Part shown: positions 1 to 12,163 of the stretch, in pieces
Numbering within the stretch: position 1 is the stretch's first letter
Layout: every line of letters begins with the position of its first letter
Source of the DNA: Callorhinchus milii
Lineage: Eukaryota
DNA length: 64,000 nt
Direction of reading: 5' to 3'
Assembly: GCF_018977255.1 (NCBI RefSeq)
Contig: NW_024704783.1
Location: 62,001-126,000, forward strand
Notes under the pieces: generated by a model
Seen by the model: the letters and a program-made list of their open reading frames with translations, nothing else
Databases searched by the model: none
Told to the model about the DNA's origin: nothing
Position numbers and translations under genes: made by a program

Positions 1-2868
1 TCATAAGGGTTCCCAGCACAAGACAGACAGCAAATAGCCTCATTGTTGCTCTTCAGTCTGTGTGGTTGTGTCCGCGACATCAGTTTGCTGATAACCCGCA
101 GTGATTGTCGGCATTGGCGGAGCCACAGTCTCACGTCACCTCATTGACATCTCAGCCACGTTTCAAAAACAACAACCAATTGCTGTTAAACAGCGCCTTT
201 CACCAGTCACTGGGGGCAGTGAATCCTCCCACTCTGGTGCTGTTCACAATGCAAACATTGCACCAACTGGTAGGACGATGATAGCTTGACAAAGATTGGG
301 AAAGCTTCCACGATACCACTATAAATGGCAAGCTATGTGCTTTTAGCTGCTTAGTCACAAGCAGATTCCCCATCGCACAATCTGATATCGTCCCTCACAC
401 AAGCCATGGCTGAAGCCAATCCTTGCCTTATAGTCTCCGGAATTGGATAAACAGGATGCCACCCTCCAGAGAAATAGTTTCCATACCTATCCAACAACTG
501 ATCTCTCAGATTTCAATGTGAAGGTGGGAGACATTGAAATGTCAGCTCGATTTGTAGTCTCTGAGAAACGACGAATGTTTACACATTTGCTGGGCTCGAA
601 AGATATGATAGGGAACGTGATAGAACAGTGTTTATAGCATTACAGTTATATTACGGGGATGACTTGGAAATGTGTTTCACAAACATTATTCATATAAAGT
701 ACCAACGTCACCAAAAATGTTTGAGAATCTATGATTTATAGCAGCCATTGCTGTTGGTTATCGCGGAAAGAAAAGACTACTTAGAAATTTCTTTCAAATA
801 GTGCCTTGCTATCTTTATCGCACAACTAATCAGACAGACCATATATCAGTCTAATAATAATATTAATAGCAATAATGCTTGCTACTGATAAAGTATCTCA
901 TCATATCTTTGAGACCACTCAGAGCTTCACAGAGTATACTGTAAAGTGAATTGGCTGCATAATCCGTGGGTTAAACGCGGCAGGCAATTGTCCACAGCAC
1001 TTTCACACACAGTCGCGGATTAAGTTCCGAAATTGTTATTCTTGTTTTATTTGGAAAGAATTATAACGCCCGGATAAAGGATCCATCTCTTGCGAAATAC
1101 GGATTTGTTTTTCCTTCCAAATTCTCTCGAATTCAAATATTACGGACTTTGCACTTTCATGTTGATTAAGGATTCAATTTATAAAGTCGCTAATTTAGTT
1201 TGCATGAACTTTTAACATCTTAGTTAATTGGAAAGTAATAGTAGATTGTTACCCTCTATTGGACAATAAACCACAGTTCAGCTGTGCCGTCATATTCGAC
1301 GCCAAACTCGAAATAAAGCAATGATTGTAATAATACTGTGTTGTGGTTCCCAGTGTCTTATATCACCTTAGACTCAGTGTACAGTGACACACCCCGCTGT
1401 CAGTCATTGTGTCGCCACAGATACTGAAGCCCCGCCTGCCACACGCTAAATCCTCGCCTCACTATTATGGTGAACTGTTCTGAGCCGCTAAAGGGCAATT
1501 TGTCAGTTTAATAGTTACATTGCAATACTGAATGAAGCCAGTATTGCCACTGGCAAGTGGACGTTATTGTATTTGCCTACTGTTTCCCTTGCAGTAAGTA
1601 GGAATCCAGTTTTTAATCTACAAGCAAATTGCTTTCCATGGGATTACAGCTCCTCCAAAATAATAATAAAAATACAGTCACTAAATCATTAATGTGCGGA
1701 AATGGATGCAGCATTTCACGCACAAAATACACAGTGAATTCATACTGCACTATAATGTGTGAAGCGGTTGAGAAGTCTGGCAGACGTGATAAGGCGCTAT
1801 ATCAAATGTACGGATTATCATTGTTGAATTGACCTTGTACTTAGCTGCAACCAATATGGACTTGACTGACCAACACACTTTTATTGTTTTTAATTATTAA
1901 AGTGACTAATGCCCTCCGGAAATCGATATGCAAATCGTGAGACTACCGTGTTCCTACTTTCTACAAGTAAAACAGAGGCGTCTATGTTAAACTTGCGCAA
2001 GCTTTCGGCCTGCTCGGGAATCGTAATCGTTCATCTCACTTGTATAGCCAATGCAAGAACAAATACAACAACAACAGCAACATTACATATTTATATCGCC
2101 GTTCATGTCGGGAGGACGTCCCAAGCCGCTGGACGGTGCAAAACATTTCAGACCGGAGCTGCATACTTTAAAATCTCTAATGCTAAGGCAAAACCCGGCT
2201 GTTATTCGATTGGTGGATCACTTTTCCAGGGGAAAACATTCCTTGAAAAAATTATAAAAACAAATTGGTCACTTCAATCCACGACTGTTTGTGGGTTACT
2301 GCAATTGGCTGCAGGATTTTGCCCAAAAATGTATCGTGAATTCACTATATAGTATATAATAATCATAACAGTAATCCCTGCGTTTGACATGGCGCTTTTC
2401 ACGTATTCTCAACATCTCAAAGCGCTTCAGAGTGTACACTGCAAAACTAATTGACTGTTCTCACTCGCGCGCTCTCTTTCCCTCTGATGTTTCTCTCTCT
2501 CACACTCTCTCTGTCTCTCTTTCTCACACTTTCAATTTAACACCTTCTATGTGTCTTTCTTGCACCGTGTCAAACTCAGTCGCTCGCACAAAACAAAATT
2601 CAATACATTTTACATTGTATCCCCTGCAGCTCATTGAGACTACTCCAATAAGTTGTTTTTAATACAAGGATTATTACGGATATTATCAAAAGGGTTTAAA
2701 TCCTCCCAAAATTGCTCTCACCCCTTTAAAAAGGTGAAGACATCGCTTTAAATATGTAACACCGTCGGCCGACTAAAAACTAACTTCAGCCTCTCCTGCA
2801 GCTCTGCCCCCAACCCCAGCCTCGCCCTTATATGTCAGTTAGTAGCAGAGTCCCCAGCGACTGATTGA

Positions 2869-2869
2869 C

Positions 2870-2915
<46 letters not shown>
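2869..2915. repeat. (GA)n microsatellite
   Basis: Direct reading; others at ~19900, ~20640 and duplicates. Confidence 0.9.
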
Positions 2916-2917
<2 letters not shown>

Positions 2918-4604
2918 GGGTTTGATTCTCGGGCTGGGCGAAACCAGAGGCAAGTTTCCTTATTCCACCTACACACCTCTGCTTGCGATATGATAAGGCG
3001 CTATATCAAACGCGAAGAATATTATTATATTCAACAAGATCAATGTAAACGTATTTTTTTTCCCTGAAATGCGAGCAGCGTTACTGAGAGCAAAGCCCGG
3101 ACAGCGTATACTGTATTAACTTAACCATATCGGTGCTGATGTGTGACAAAAATATTCGTAAAAATGGCTATGATTGTATCTCGGTTTAGCGCTGGGCAGC
3201 AACGGTTGCAGGTTCCGCTAATCACAATCACCAATCAGACAGGATTCGCTGTGAGAGGCTTGTGCTCGGCAACTCATTGATTACAGTCCTTCATTCCTCA
3301 GGAAAGCTCTGAAACTGCCCATGTTGTCGTTTCTATAGTTGTGTAGACAAAAACGTAACAGGGTCCAAAAGTCGTCAATAGAGAAACAAATATTTTTCAC
3401 TCTGACAATTTACGGTCAATTAAGTTCACTGTGTAACCTGTAAAGCCCCTTGAGATGTCTGGAAGCCGTGACAAGGTGCTAAATCAAATGCACGAATTAT
3501 GAATGTTGTTACTATTCATAATTAATGTACTATTTTGACAGGTGGGAAATTGGCTGCGGCGATTCAGTAAGCATTTTGAACAGATTAACTTGATTTAGTA
3601 AATGGCAGAGCCAGCAAGACTCACGTTTTAAATGTTCGGACTGTTGTACAAAATTGTAAGAATATCCATAGGTTTGAATAACCTTGAAATATCTATTTGT
3701 TGGCAAATTAAATGAACGATTTGGAAATTCAAGCTAAACGTTAATTTGAGCTGTTTTTTCTAAAGGTCGCACCAATTTAAATCTTAAAACAAAGTTGACC
3801 GGAGTAAGACCAGTAAATCTTTAAGTATTAAATGGTTTAAAATTAACATTATAACCCCGGTTACCCTGTCTGACTCTCTTTGTTTCCAAACTTAAACTAG
3901 TTACGTGGTGACATTGAGCTGCTTCTCAGTCGATGCAGAGTCACTGATATCAGATTCCCGGTCAGACAGGTCTGCCTTCGTTTAACTATTTTACAGCTGA
4001 AATGCGATACACGAGCCGGAGAAAATTCCACTCCAGCTTAGGGAACTCAGAGTGACATCCACCCTTTCATAGATAACAGACAAACAGACAGACAGACAAA
4101 CAGGAAGATAGACGAACAAACAGAGAGAGAGGGACAGGCATGCAGTTGATGCTTTGTTGTGTAGATTAGCAGCTTCTCTCCCAAACAGACAGTCACACTT
4201 GAATCAATGTTATTGGGATATTAAATTTAAAGTCAATTTAAAGTTTAACTGACAAATTACTCCACACGCCTAATAATAATCCTCCAAAACCAAAAAACAA
4301 TAATCAATTGGTCATTTTCAATCTATGACTGTTTGTGGGATATTGCTGTGCACAATTGGCTGCCGCGTTCGCCCACAAATTTACAGTCAATTCACTTCAC
4401 AGTGTGTTCCGTGAAGCGCTTTGGGACGTCCTCCCGACAAGAAAAGCTCTATATCAAATGCAAGGATTATTATTATTATTATTATTATCGGTGAAAACGT
4501 TTTGTCTCAGCACAATCTCCAGCTAGCATGCTTTCCAAGCACAGACACGAATACAGTCATTCACACATCAATAAAATATTAACTATTGCATTATATAGGA
4601 CTTT

Positions 4605-4927
4605 GGAGTCCTGTAGCTCAGTGTTTAGAGCACTCGCTTTGCAAGCGAGAGACCTGAGTTCAATTCCAGGCAGAGGGCGAAACCTTGGGTAAGTTTCCTT
4701 ACTCCACACAGAGCCTAATAATAATCCCTCCAAAATCAAAAACAATAATAAATTGCTCATTTTTAATCTACGACTGTTTGGGGGACATTGCTGTGCGCAA
4801 TTGGCTGCCGCGTTCGCCCACAAATATACACTCAATTCGCTTCACAGTGTGTTCTGCGAAGCGCTTTGGGACGTCCACCCGACGTGAAAAGCGCTATACC
4901 AAATGCAAGGATTATTATTATTATTAT
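4605..4927 (+). mobile_element. Full-length tRNA-derived SINE with L2-like 3' tail
   Basis: Head with A/B boxes (gtagctcagtg, gagttcaattcc) and Ala(TGC)-like anticodon arm ctcgc-tttgcaa-gcgag; body; tail gtgaagcgctttgggacgtcc...gcgctata..aaatgcaagg(att)n. 5'-truncated copy at ~4268-4488. Confidence 0.85.
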
Positions 4928-5798
4928 ATACAGTCCCTATCACGACGTTGAGACTCTTCAAAGCGCTGCACAGGATGTAATGCAAAGTGGATTGACTGTA
5001 TTTTGTGGGGAAAAAGCCACTTTCGCACAACCGAGTCTCACAGTCATGCGTAGGGAGTGTGGCCAATGTTATTTGGGGGATTGTTGACCAGGACACGGGA
5101 AACAGAGAAGCAGATGGAGACAGTCAGAGAGCAGAGAGAAACAGCCATTTGTTTTCGAGTTGGCCTTGGGATCTTCAGCGTCCAACTGAAGGCAGAGTGA
5201 GCCTCAGTTTAACCTCCCAAAGCATACGTACAGCCAAACAAATACATGCATNNNNNNNNNNNNNNNNNNNNNNNNNNNNNNNNNNNNNNNNNNNNNNNNN
5301 NNNNNNNNNNNNNNNNNNNNNNNNNNNNNNNNNNNNNNNNNNNNNNNNNNNNNNNNNNNNNNNNNNNNNNNNNNNNNNNNNNNNNNNNNNNNNNNNNNNN
5401 NNNNNNNNNNNNNNNNNNNTCTGCAATGGCCTGAATATGTTCCCATTATTTTCCGAGAGCTGCTTTACCTGGAGATATAGAGCATATACGGAACGGTTAG
5501 AATTCAATTGACGCGGTTCAGTTGGAAGGGGGATAACCTATGAATTCTCCATGATGGGCAACAGGGAAGGGGAAACAGATGAGTTCGCAACTTCAAGCCC
5601 ACTTCAGATTTCAATGCATAGTCTCACATAAACCGAATCAGGAGATTGCAATGCTTATGTTTCCAAAGATACTGTTATACTGGGAAGGTTGAAAGAGATA
5701 AGGTAATGAGAGGAAAGTGTCAACATCATTGCTGAGATAAATGTCTGTTTTATTAATAATACCTATTGAATAATAACTTTTTATTTAATGTATTTCAG

Positions 5799-5945
5799 GC
5801 AATGTACATTCGAAACCATTGCCCCTAGTTGCGTTCCTCACACAGCCTTCCCCTAAAGACTTCAAAATACGCAACCTCAGGCGTTGTGAACACACCCTTG
5901 TTTAAACAGAATAACGGGACATAGAATACCAACAAACTTCTCGGT
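5799..5945 (+). pseudogene. IgH CH2-like pseudo-exon with two internal deletions
   Basis: Acceptor tatttcag|gc; reads (G)NVHSKPLPLVAFLTQPSPKDFKIRN, homologous to the start of the two intact exons; ~83 nt deletion then shifted-frame SGVVNTPLFKQNNGT*NTNKLL (vs SGVVTSPSVKDDNGTFGTNSRL); in-frame stop TAA 5903-5905; then joins directly to SINE head; no donor. Confidence 0.85.
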
Positions 5946-6290
5946 GGTCAGAGCTCTCTCCGTACAAGCGGGAGACATGGGTTCGATTCCCAGGCAGGGC
6001 AAGATGTTGGGCACTTTTTGTGACTCCACGCTCCACTGTTGATCCAGCAGTAAGTAGGGACCCAGTTGTCAGTCAATTGGTGTATCATTAATCAGGGGGT
6101 AATAATTCCTCAAATAAAATATGGGCACTGCAATCCACCCATGTTTGTGGGACACTGATGCGCGCCATTGGCTGCCTCGTTTCACCCACGCAATATAGTC
6201 AGTTAACATAACAGTATTTTCTGTGAAGAGCTTGGAGATGTCTCGAAGACATAGTGAGGCGCAGTATCAAACTCAATATATGTATTGTTA
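5943..6290 (+). mobile_element. tRNA-derived SINE (paralogous copy at ~7057-7420)
   Basis: Same head/body/tail as 4605-4927; duplicated together with the CH2-like units. Confidence 0.8.
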
Positions 6291-6655
6291 CCACACAACA
6301 GGAATATATTGGAACAGCATGTGTTTTGTTATTAACTGTAGAACATGTAGTGGGCATGTCACTTTACTTCTCCAGGTTGTTTGAACACTCTCATCACAGA
6401 AAATCTTCCATCGTCTGATAGTCATTTCCCAAGAGTGTTTTATGACCAAATATCATGAGCAATGGTTGTCCAGATATATATTTTGTGTATCGTTCTAAAG
6501 GGAAGTTAGATACGACTATCTTCACTGGGAAGATTGAAAGAGTGAATGAGTGAGCAGTCACCACATTATGGCTAACATCAATGTCTGTTTCAATATTAGT
6601 ATAAATATATATATTTCTATGGAACAAACACAACCAATCATTTAATGTATTACAG

Positions 6656-6985
6656 ACAATGTGCCACCAACACCGTTGCCCCCAGTTGTTATCCTCACGC
6701 AGACTTCCCCTGAAGACATCAAAGTGCACAACTTGGCCACTGCTGTCTGCTTAATATCGGGTTTCCATCCGGACCAACTCAGTGTTAAATGGCTGAAGGA
6801 TTCGAAGCCCATCACCTCAGGTGTTGTGACCTCTCCTTCGGTTAAAGACGACAACGGGACATTCGGTACCAACAGCCGCCTGACGGTGCCCACCAGAGAA
6901 TGGAGCAATGGCGCGGTTTACACCTGTCAGGTGTCCCACGAACCCACCCACACCATCATTATCAAGAACATCACTACGCCTTCAG
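6656..6985 (+). CDS. IGHM: IgM-like heavy chain constant exon, CH2-like copy a (Ig C1-set)
   Basis: tacag|ac acceptor, ttcag|gtagg donor, 330 nt, phase 1/1. DNVPPTPLPPVVILTQTSPEDIKVHNLATAVCLISGFHPDQLSVKWLKD...NGTFGTNSRLTVPTREWSNGAVYTCQVSHEPT...KNITTPS; canonical Cys-Trp-Cys; resembles shark Cmu2. Confidence 0.93.
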
Positions 6986-7781
6986 GTAGGAGGCACAGCA
7001 GCAGCTAATACACATGGTAGGAATGTGACTCACATTTCCGTTTGAAATTTGCACTTGGAGGCCAGTAGCTCAGTGGTTAGTACTCCCGCTTTACAAGCGA
7101 GAGACCTGGGTTCGGTTCCCAACCGGGGCAAGAATTGGTCAATTTTTTNGTGACCACACGCGTCACTGTTTATCCAGGATTTTGTAGGGACACAGTTGTC
7201 AGTCAATTAGCCTATCTCTATTTCGGGGGTAATGATCCCACAAATAAAAAATCATCACTTCAATCCAGAATTGTTCGTGGGACAATGATGGGCGCCATTG
7301 GCTGCCTCGTTTCACACACACAATATAGTCAGTTAGCGAAACAATATTTTCTGTGAAGCGCTTCGAGACGTCTCGAAAACGTGATGAGGTTCTGTATGAA
7401 ACTCAATGATAATTTTAATTATTGTTATTAAGGTTAGATCATTCAACATTGTAGGCCTGGGTCTGTCACTTTTCTTCACCAGGTTATTTGAACAATCCCA
7501 TCGTAGAAAATCTTTTATTCATCTCATGGTATTACCCTTATTTCCCAAACGTTGTTTTAGTTCAATAGATCAGAACAAATGATTGAACAGACTATATAAA
7601 TTTTGTTTCTAAAGGGAAGAAAAATAAGATTATCTGGACTGAGAATATTGAACGGGTAAATGAGTGAGAAGTGTCAACATTACGGCTGAGATCAATGTAT
7701 GGTTTAATATTAGCATCAATTTCGCACAACAATATATATATCCATGAAACAAAATATAACCTATCATTTTATGTATTGCAG

Positions 7782-8111
7782 ATAAAGTACTGCACAAACC
7801 GTCGTCCCCAGTTGTTATCCTAACACAGACCTCCCCGGAAGACATCAAAATGCACAACTTGGCCACGGCTGTCTGCTTAATATCCGGGTTCAATCCGGAC
7901 AAAATCAGGGTTAGATGGTTGAAGGATTGGCAGCCGATCACCTCAGGTGTTGTAACTTTTGCCTCGGTTAAAGAAGTCAGTGGGACATTCAGCACCAACA
8001 GCCGGCTCACTGTGCCCGCCAGAGAGTGGAGCACTGGCGCGGTTTACACCTGCCAGGTGTCCCATGAACCCACCCAGACTATCATTGTCAAGAACATCAC
8101 CAAGTCCTCAG
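7782..8111 (+). CDS. IGHM: IgM-like heavy chain constant exon, CH2-like copy b
   Basis: ttgcag|at acceptor, ctcag|gtggga donor, 330 nt, phase 1/1. DKVLHKPSSPVVILTQTSPEDIKMHNLATAVCLISGFNPDKIRVRWLKD...YTCQVSHEPTQTIIVKNITKSS; clear paralogue of the preceding exon. Confidence 0.93.
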
Positions 8112-8794
8112 GTGGGAGAAACGGCAACAGTTGATAAACTTAGCAGCAATGTAGCTCACAGTTTCCTTCCAAATATGCAGTTGTGTAAACTCTAGTGTCA
8201 TTTGCTTTCAGCCACATTTGGATATGGCACTGGGAACAACACACAAGCGAGCTTTGACACCCAAGTTTATTGATCTTTACAGCAGGAAGATGTCGGTTCC
8301 CGATTCTCACCCTGTAATCAGGGGATTGCAACACAGGACATGTTTCTGATCCGCTGTACAAAGGGAGCTCTGACATCCCTCACATGTCCACGAAATTGTG
8401 GCTGTTATTCTCATGTTCCACCCGCTTCCTCAACATTTAATTCCGCTGAACTTTCTGATAACAAAGAGTCTATTTGTATCAATCAGGGCAGATATACATA
8501 TTATCGCGGAGTCACAGCTCATCCATCGTACGTGTTACATCGTGAGCCGTTGTCAGTTGGAGGGAATTGGAAATCAATAGGGCCACATATCACACAGTGC
8601 TACAGGGAGGAACGTTCAACTTTCCTGTAAATTATTCTGTCAACGATTGTTAATTATATTAGGAAACAACAATCTGTGGGCAGATGAGCCAGAAAGTGGG
8701 AATGTTCATGGACGGTCATTGTTTAACGTGACCCAATATAAGGTCCTGGACATGGGCTGTTATTTGGCTTTCTAAGTTTCTTTTCCTTTTCCAG

Positions 8795-9106
8795 AATGCG
8801 AGGAACCTTCTGAAGGTGTCAAGATCTATATCCTGCCACCTGCACAGCGACAGGTTTTGATGGAAACCTCTGTAACCCTGACATGTGTTGTGGCTAATGC
8901 ACCAATTCACGTCAACGTGACCTGGACACAAGGAAATACACACTTGCAGTCTGGATATGGGATACGCTCTGCCACTGAGCCTCAGAAAGTGATCAGTAAA
9001 ATAAACATTTCTGCTTTAGACTGGAGCAGTGGTAAAGAATTCTTCTGTGTAGCCAGCCACGATGATATGCCGACTCCCATCAGAGAAAAGACGTTTAAGC
9101 TGAAAG
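8795..9106 (+). CDS. IGHM: IgM-like heavy chain CH3 exon
   Basis: ttccag|aa acceptor, aaag|gtgag donor, 312 nt. ECEEPSEGVKIYILPPAQRQVLMETSVTLTCVVANAPIHVNVTWTQG...ISALDWSSGKEFFCVASHDDMPTPIREKTFKLK. Confidence 0.92.
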
Positions 9107-9374
9107 GTGAGGAGAGAGGTTTCAGGAGATAAATGATTTACGAGTTCATTGTAATTCCAGAATATAGAAAACCACTGGGTACAAATAATAAATTGCTGTC
9201 GAGAGATTTCAATCAACATCCGTCTTCCGAGTCACACCTGCAATTACAAACAACTGAACACTGTCTGAATGGAAAAACACATCATTCTCAGCTCATTTTG
9301 CAGCGTCTTATGCTTCAAAGCTTTCTCTGATTGACCCCATTTAGTGAACTGATTCCATTGTGTTTTCCCAACAG

Positions 9375-9766
9375 TTGAGAACGTGAAACAGCCTTCAGTG
9401 TATCTCCTCCTCCCGTCGGCAGAAGAAGTGTCCGCTCAGCAGTCTGTCACCCTCACCTGCCTGGTGAAGGACTTCGCTCCCAAAGAGATATTTGTGCAGT
9501 GGACTGAGAATGACCAGGTGATTGATGCCAATAACTACAAAAACACTGATATGTTGGCAGACAGTGCAGATCGCACATACTCCATGTACAGCATGTTGTC
9601 AATCTCAGCCGAAGGTTGGGGCAAAGGAACCTCCTACTCCTGTGTCGTCGGACATGAAACTTTCCCACTGAAGAGTCTGACCAGATCCGTTAATAAATCC
9701 AGCGGTAAACCGAGTTTTGTAAACATTTCCCTTGTCCTCGTGGACACCGTGAATGCCTGTCAATGA
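9375..9766 (+). CDS. IGHM: IgM-like heavy chain CH4 plus secretory tailpiece
   Basis: caacag|tt acceptor; [40 protein letters not shown]...[43 protein letters not shown]; tailpiece with N-I-S glycosylation site and penultimate Cys; internal donor agcg|gtaaac after 9704 for the membrane form. Confidence 0.95.
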
Positions 9767-9849
9767 GTGTCCCTCAATACTGTGTTGCTTATTCTCACCC
9801 GCCTCCCTACCATTGCATTGCCTGTTTCTTTTCCTGAACAAGTAAATCA

Positions 9850-9855
9850 AATAAA
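9850..9855 (+). terminator. polyadenylation signal, secreted IgH mRNA
   Basis: AATAAA ~85 nt after the tailpiece stop. Confidence 0.7.
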
Positions 9856-10369
9856 ATTTATAGTTGCATTTATGTGTCAGCTGCAGAGAGGATGATTTGC
9901 AATTAATTACTCTGTCACCTTCCATAGCAAGGAGACATACATCCATTTTTTGTGGAGATGTTAGTATTAAGTTAGTAGGACACTAACGTTGGTTTGCATA
10001 CTTTTAAGCATGGTGATGTGTTTCCACGTGTCAGGTATCCTGGTGAGCCACAAAACGTTAAAAGTCCCAAATTGTGCTACTTTACTTGCTACAGCCCAAT
10101 CTCAGACTGCATTTTATTTGCAGTTTGACTCAGAATCGCACAGTGTAGCTACACCTTTTCCTTTTCAAGATATTTTCTTTCCCACCGAATAGCATCGCAT
10201 TCCAGATGTAACAGCATGGCGGATTTAAACTCCGGCCTTTTGTCGCAACATTTCTATTAAAAGTAAATATTTGTTTCACAGAAGCTGTTCCGAATACAGG
10301 AAAATGTTCACTTGAACATAAGCTAAGCCATACTTTTATATTGTAAACAAATGCTTTCATTCAAATTCC

Positions 10370-10975
10370 CATCCACACGTACTCACACACCCCGTCATAT
10401 CCATCGAGGCCGACATACACTCACACTTCCAACATCTTCACAAATACATACACACACAGTCACAGACATGCAAACACACATCCACCACACGCACACACTC
10501 ACATTTCCACGTAGGCCCACACATACCCACACTTGCAGACGGAAACTCACATCCACCCAGTCCCTCACACACACTCACACATCCATCCAGGCTCACACAA
10601 ACTCACATAAATTCACAGGCAGACAAGCCCCTTCACATTCCCGCGCACACACATACCGGGGCCGACACAATCACACTTATTTACATTAAGGCCCTCAGAT
10701 ACTCACACACACCCACTTCCATCCTGGCCCCCACACAATCACACTCATCCTGGCCCCCACACACTTAGACACACTCACATACCCATGTTTACAATTAATT
10801 ACACAGGCAACTTGACACATTCACATCCATCAAGAAACACGCGCACACACACTTACATCAACCCTTGTCGCCACACAAACGCATACACGCAGGAACACAC
10901 ACATATACATATATACTCACATCCACCAATGATCACACATACAGAATCTCACTCACCCAGGCCGACACACAATCA
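10370..10975. repeat. CA-rich low-complexity tract (paralogues ~14365-15130, ~32640-33190)
   Basis: Degenerate (cacact/cacata)n. Confidence 0.8.
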
Positions 10976-11089
10976 ATAAGGCTATGGGTGAACCCTGCTA
11001 AACTTAATCCTCATTTCCCTTAGTTGATTTACCGAGACGTTTGTGCCGATTCCTCTATTCTATTACAACATTATTATCGATTTTTAAAT

Positions 11090-11640
11090 CGACATGATGC
11101 TATTTATCAAAGTGATGATGGCCTAATACTGATGAGAGACGAAGTCCGCAAAGACTTTGGCAATTGTATAAAATTACAGACTCTTTAGCTGAGTTGACCG
11201 AAAAGTGGAATCTTAGTTCAATAACAGTAACTACCTTTGTTATAAGTGGAGTGGGGAAAACTTATGGGAGTATAAGTCTATGGGAGCGCATAACAAAAGG
11301 CAGTAAAAGTGGACCCTGTGTTTTTTGCTGGGGCAATCGACTGTCAATTAAATATAAATTTAGCAGGATCATGGGTGGTGTGCAGTGTGCGGTTCTGGGC
11401 ATTTAATTAAAAAAAGGATATAAGAGCAGCTGAGAGGGCTTTGGGAAATTTCACAAAGGTCAATAAACATGATGCCTGTGACTGACGTTACAGTGTTGAG
11501 GAACAACTTCACATAGCGTGGCTGCTCTCGAAAGGAAAGAGCAGGTAAATCGGAAAGGGAAGATACGCAAATATAAGTTTTCGAATGTATTAAAGTTTTG
11601 AAAGACTGGTACAATGAAAGGCGATTGTATCCATACAAAA
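11090..11640 (+). mobile_element. Decayed CR1 LINE RT C-terminus (paralogues ~15250-15780, ~33310-33840)
   Basis: Degenerate RRFTRMI..Y.ERL..LGLFSLE.RRLRGD-type sequence. Confidence 0.6.
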
Positions 11641-12163
11641 GTGTATAACACTTCCAGGAAAATCACTGTAAATTATGAAGGCAGGGTCGATTTTTATATC
11701 GAGAATTTTTTAGAATAGAGTAATCTTCACCTCAGTAACATAATATAACGGAATTTCAAATGTTATTTGAACAGCGAGGAGTTGAACATGCAAAAGGACA
11801 GAGAGGGAGGTGGAATTGAAGGATAGGAGTAGATCTGTCCTTTAACTAACAGCAGAATCTCAATGGGAGCATTTCCCTCTCTCTGCATTTCCACCACAAA
11901 TTGAGCTTTCCCAAAGTGTGCCGCAAATTTTTCTTTGGATACTATTTGGAGAGGAACATACTATAAAACCAATACTTTCCTTATTTTTCTTTAAAATAAA
12001 AGTCTGGAAGAATTGGTATGAAGTTCCGTGTAATTTAACAGAGGGAGGGAGCCCGTAATGAACTCAGAATCTGAACATACAATACAAATGTAACAGGAAA
12101 AAATATGAAATGTCTCAGGTTTCAAACTGCTTTAGAGTCCTTTCCCCTTTTATATCCTCACAG

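Larger units (their letters stand above)
5660..8111 (+). repeat. Tandem triplication of an exon+intron unit (about 0.9-1.1 kb)
   Basis: The three CH2-like acceptors share upstream intron sequence (e.g. aagtgtcaacat..gctgagat.aatgt at ~5715 and ~7668) and units 1 and 2 carry the same SINE followed by the same intron sequence (6340-6410 vs 7450-7520). Confidence 0.85.

Noticed and set aside
406-637. Kozak-like gccATGGCTGAAG (MAEANPCLIVSGIG*) and the following 64 aa ORF, faintly like an RRM exon or the NLR start exon
   Set aside because: Stop after 14 codons and similarity too weak to support without a search.
3900-3970. VVTLSCF, resembling an Ig B-strand (possible CH1 remnant)
   Set aside because: No C-strand Trp, second Cys or splice sites in register.
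4605-4680. tRNA-Ala(TGC)-like cloverleaf (also 23525-23599, 41580-41654, ~7060)
   Set aside because: No proper acceptor stem or pol III terminator; continues into SINE body and tail, so a SINE head rather than a tRNA gene.
1-5790. RSS heptamer-like words (cacagtc 124, tactgtg 1334, cattgtg ~1405) and possible D/J segments
   Set aside because: No nonamer at 12 or 22/23 nt spacing and no WGxG J motif with donor.
8340-8630. 96 aa ORF in the CH2b-CH3 intron with TYYRGVTAHPS, vaguely Ig-like
   Set aside because: Lacks canonical Cys/Trp spacing and splice sites.
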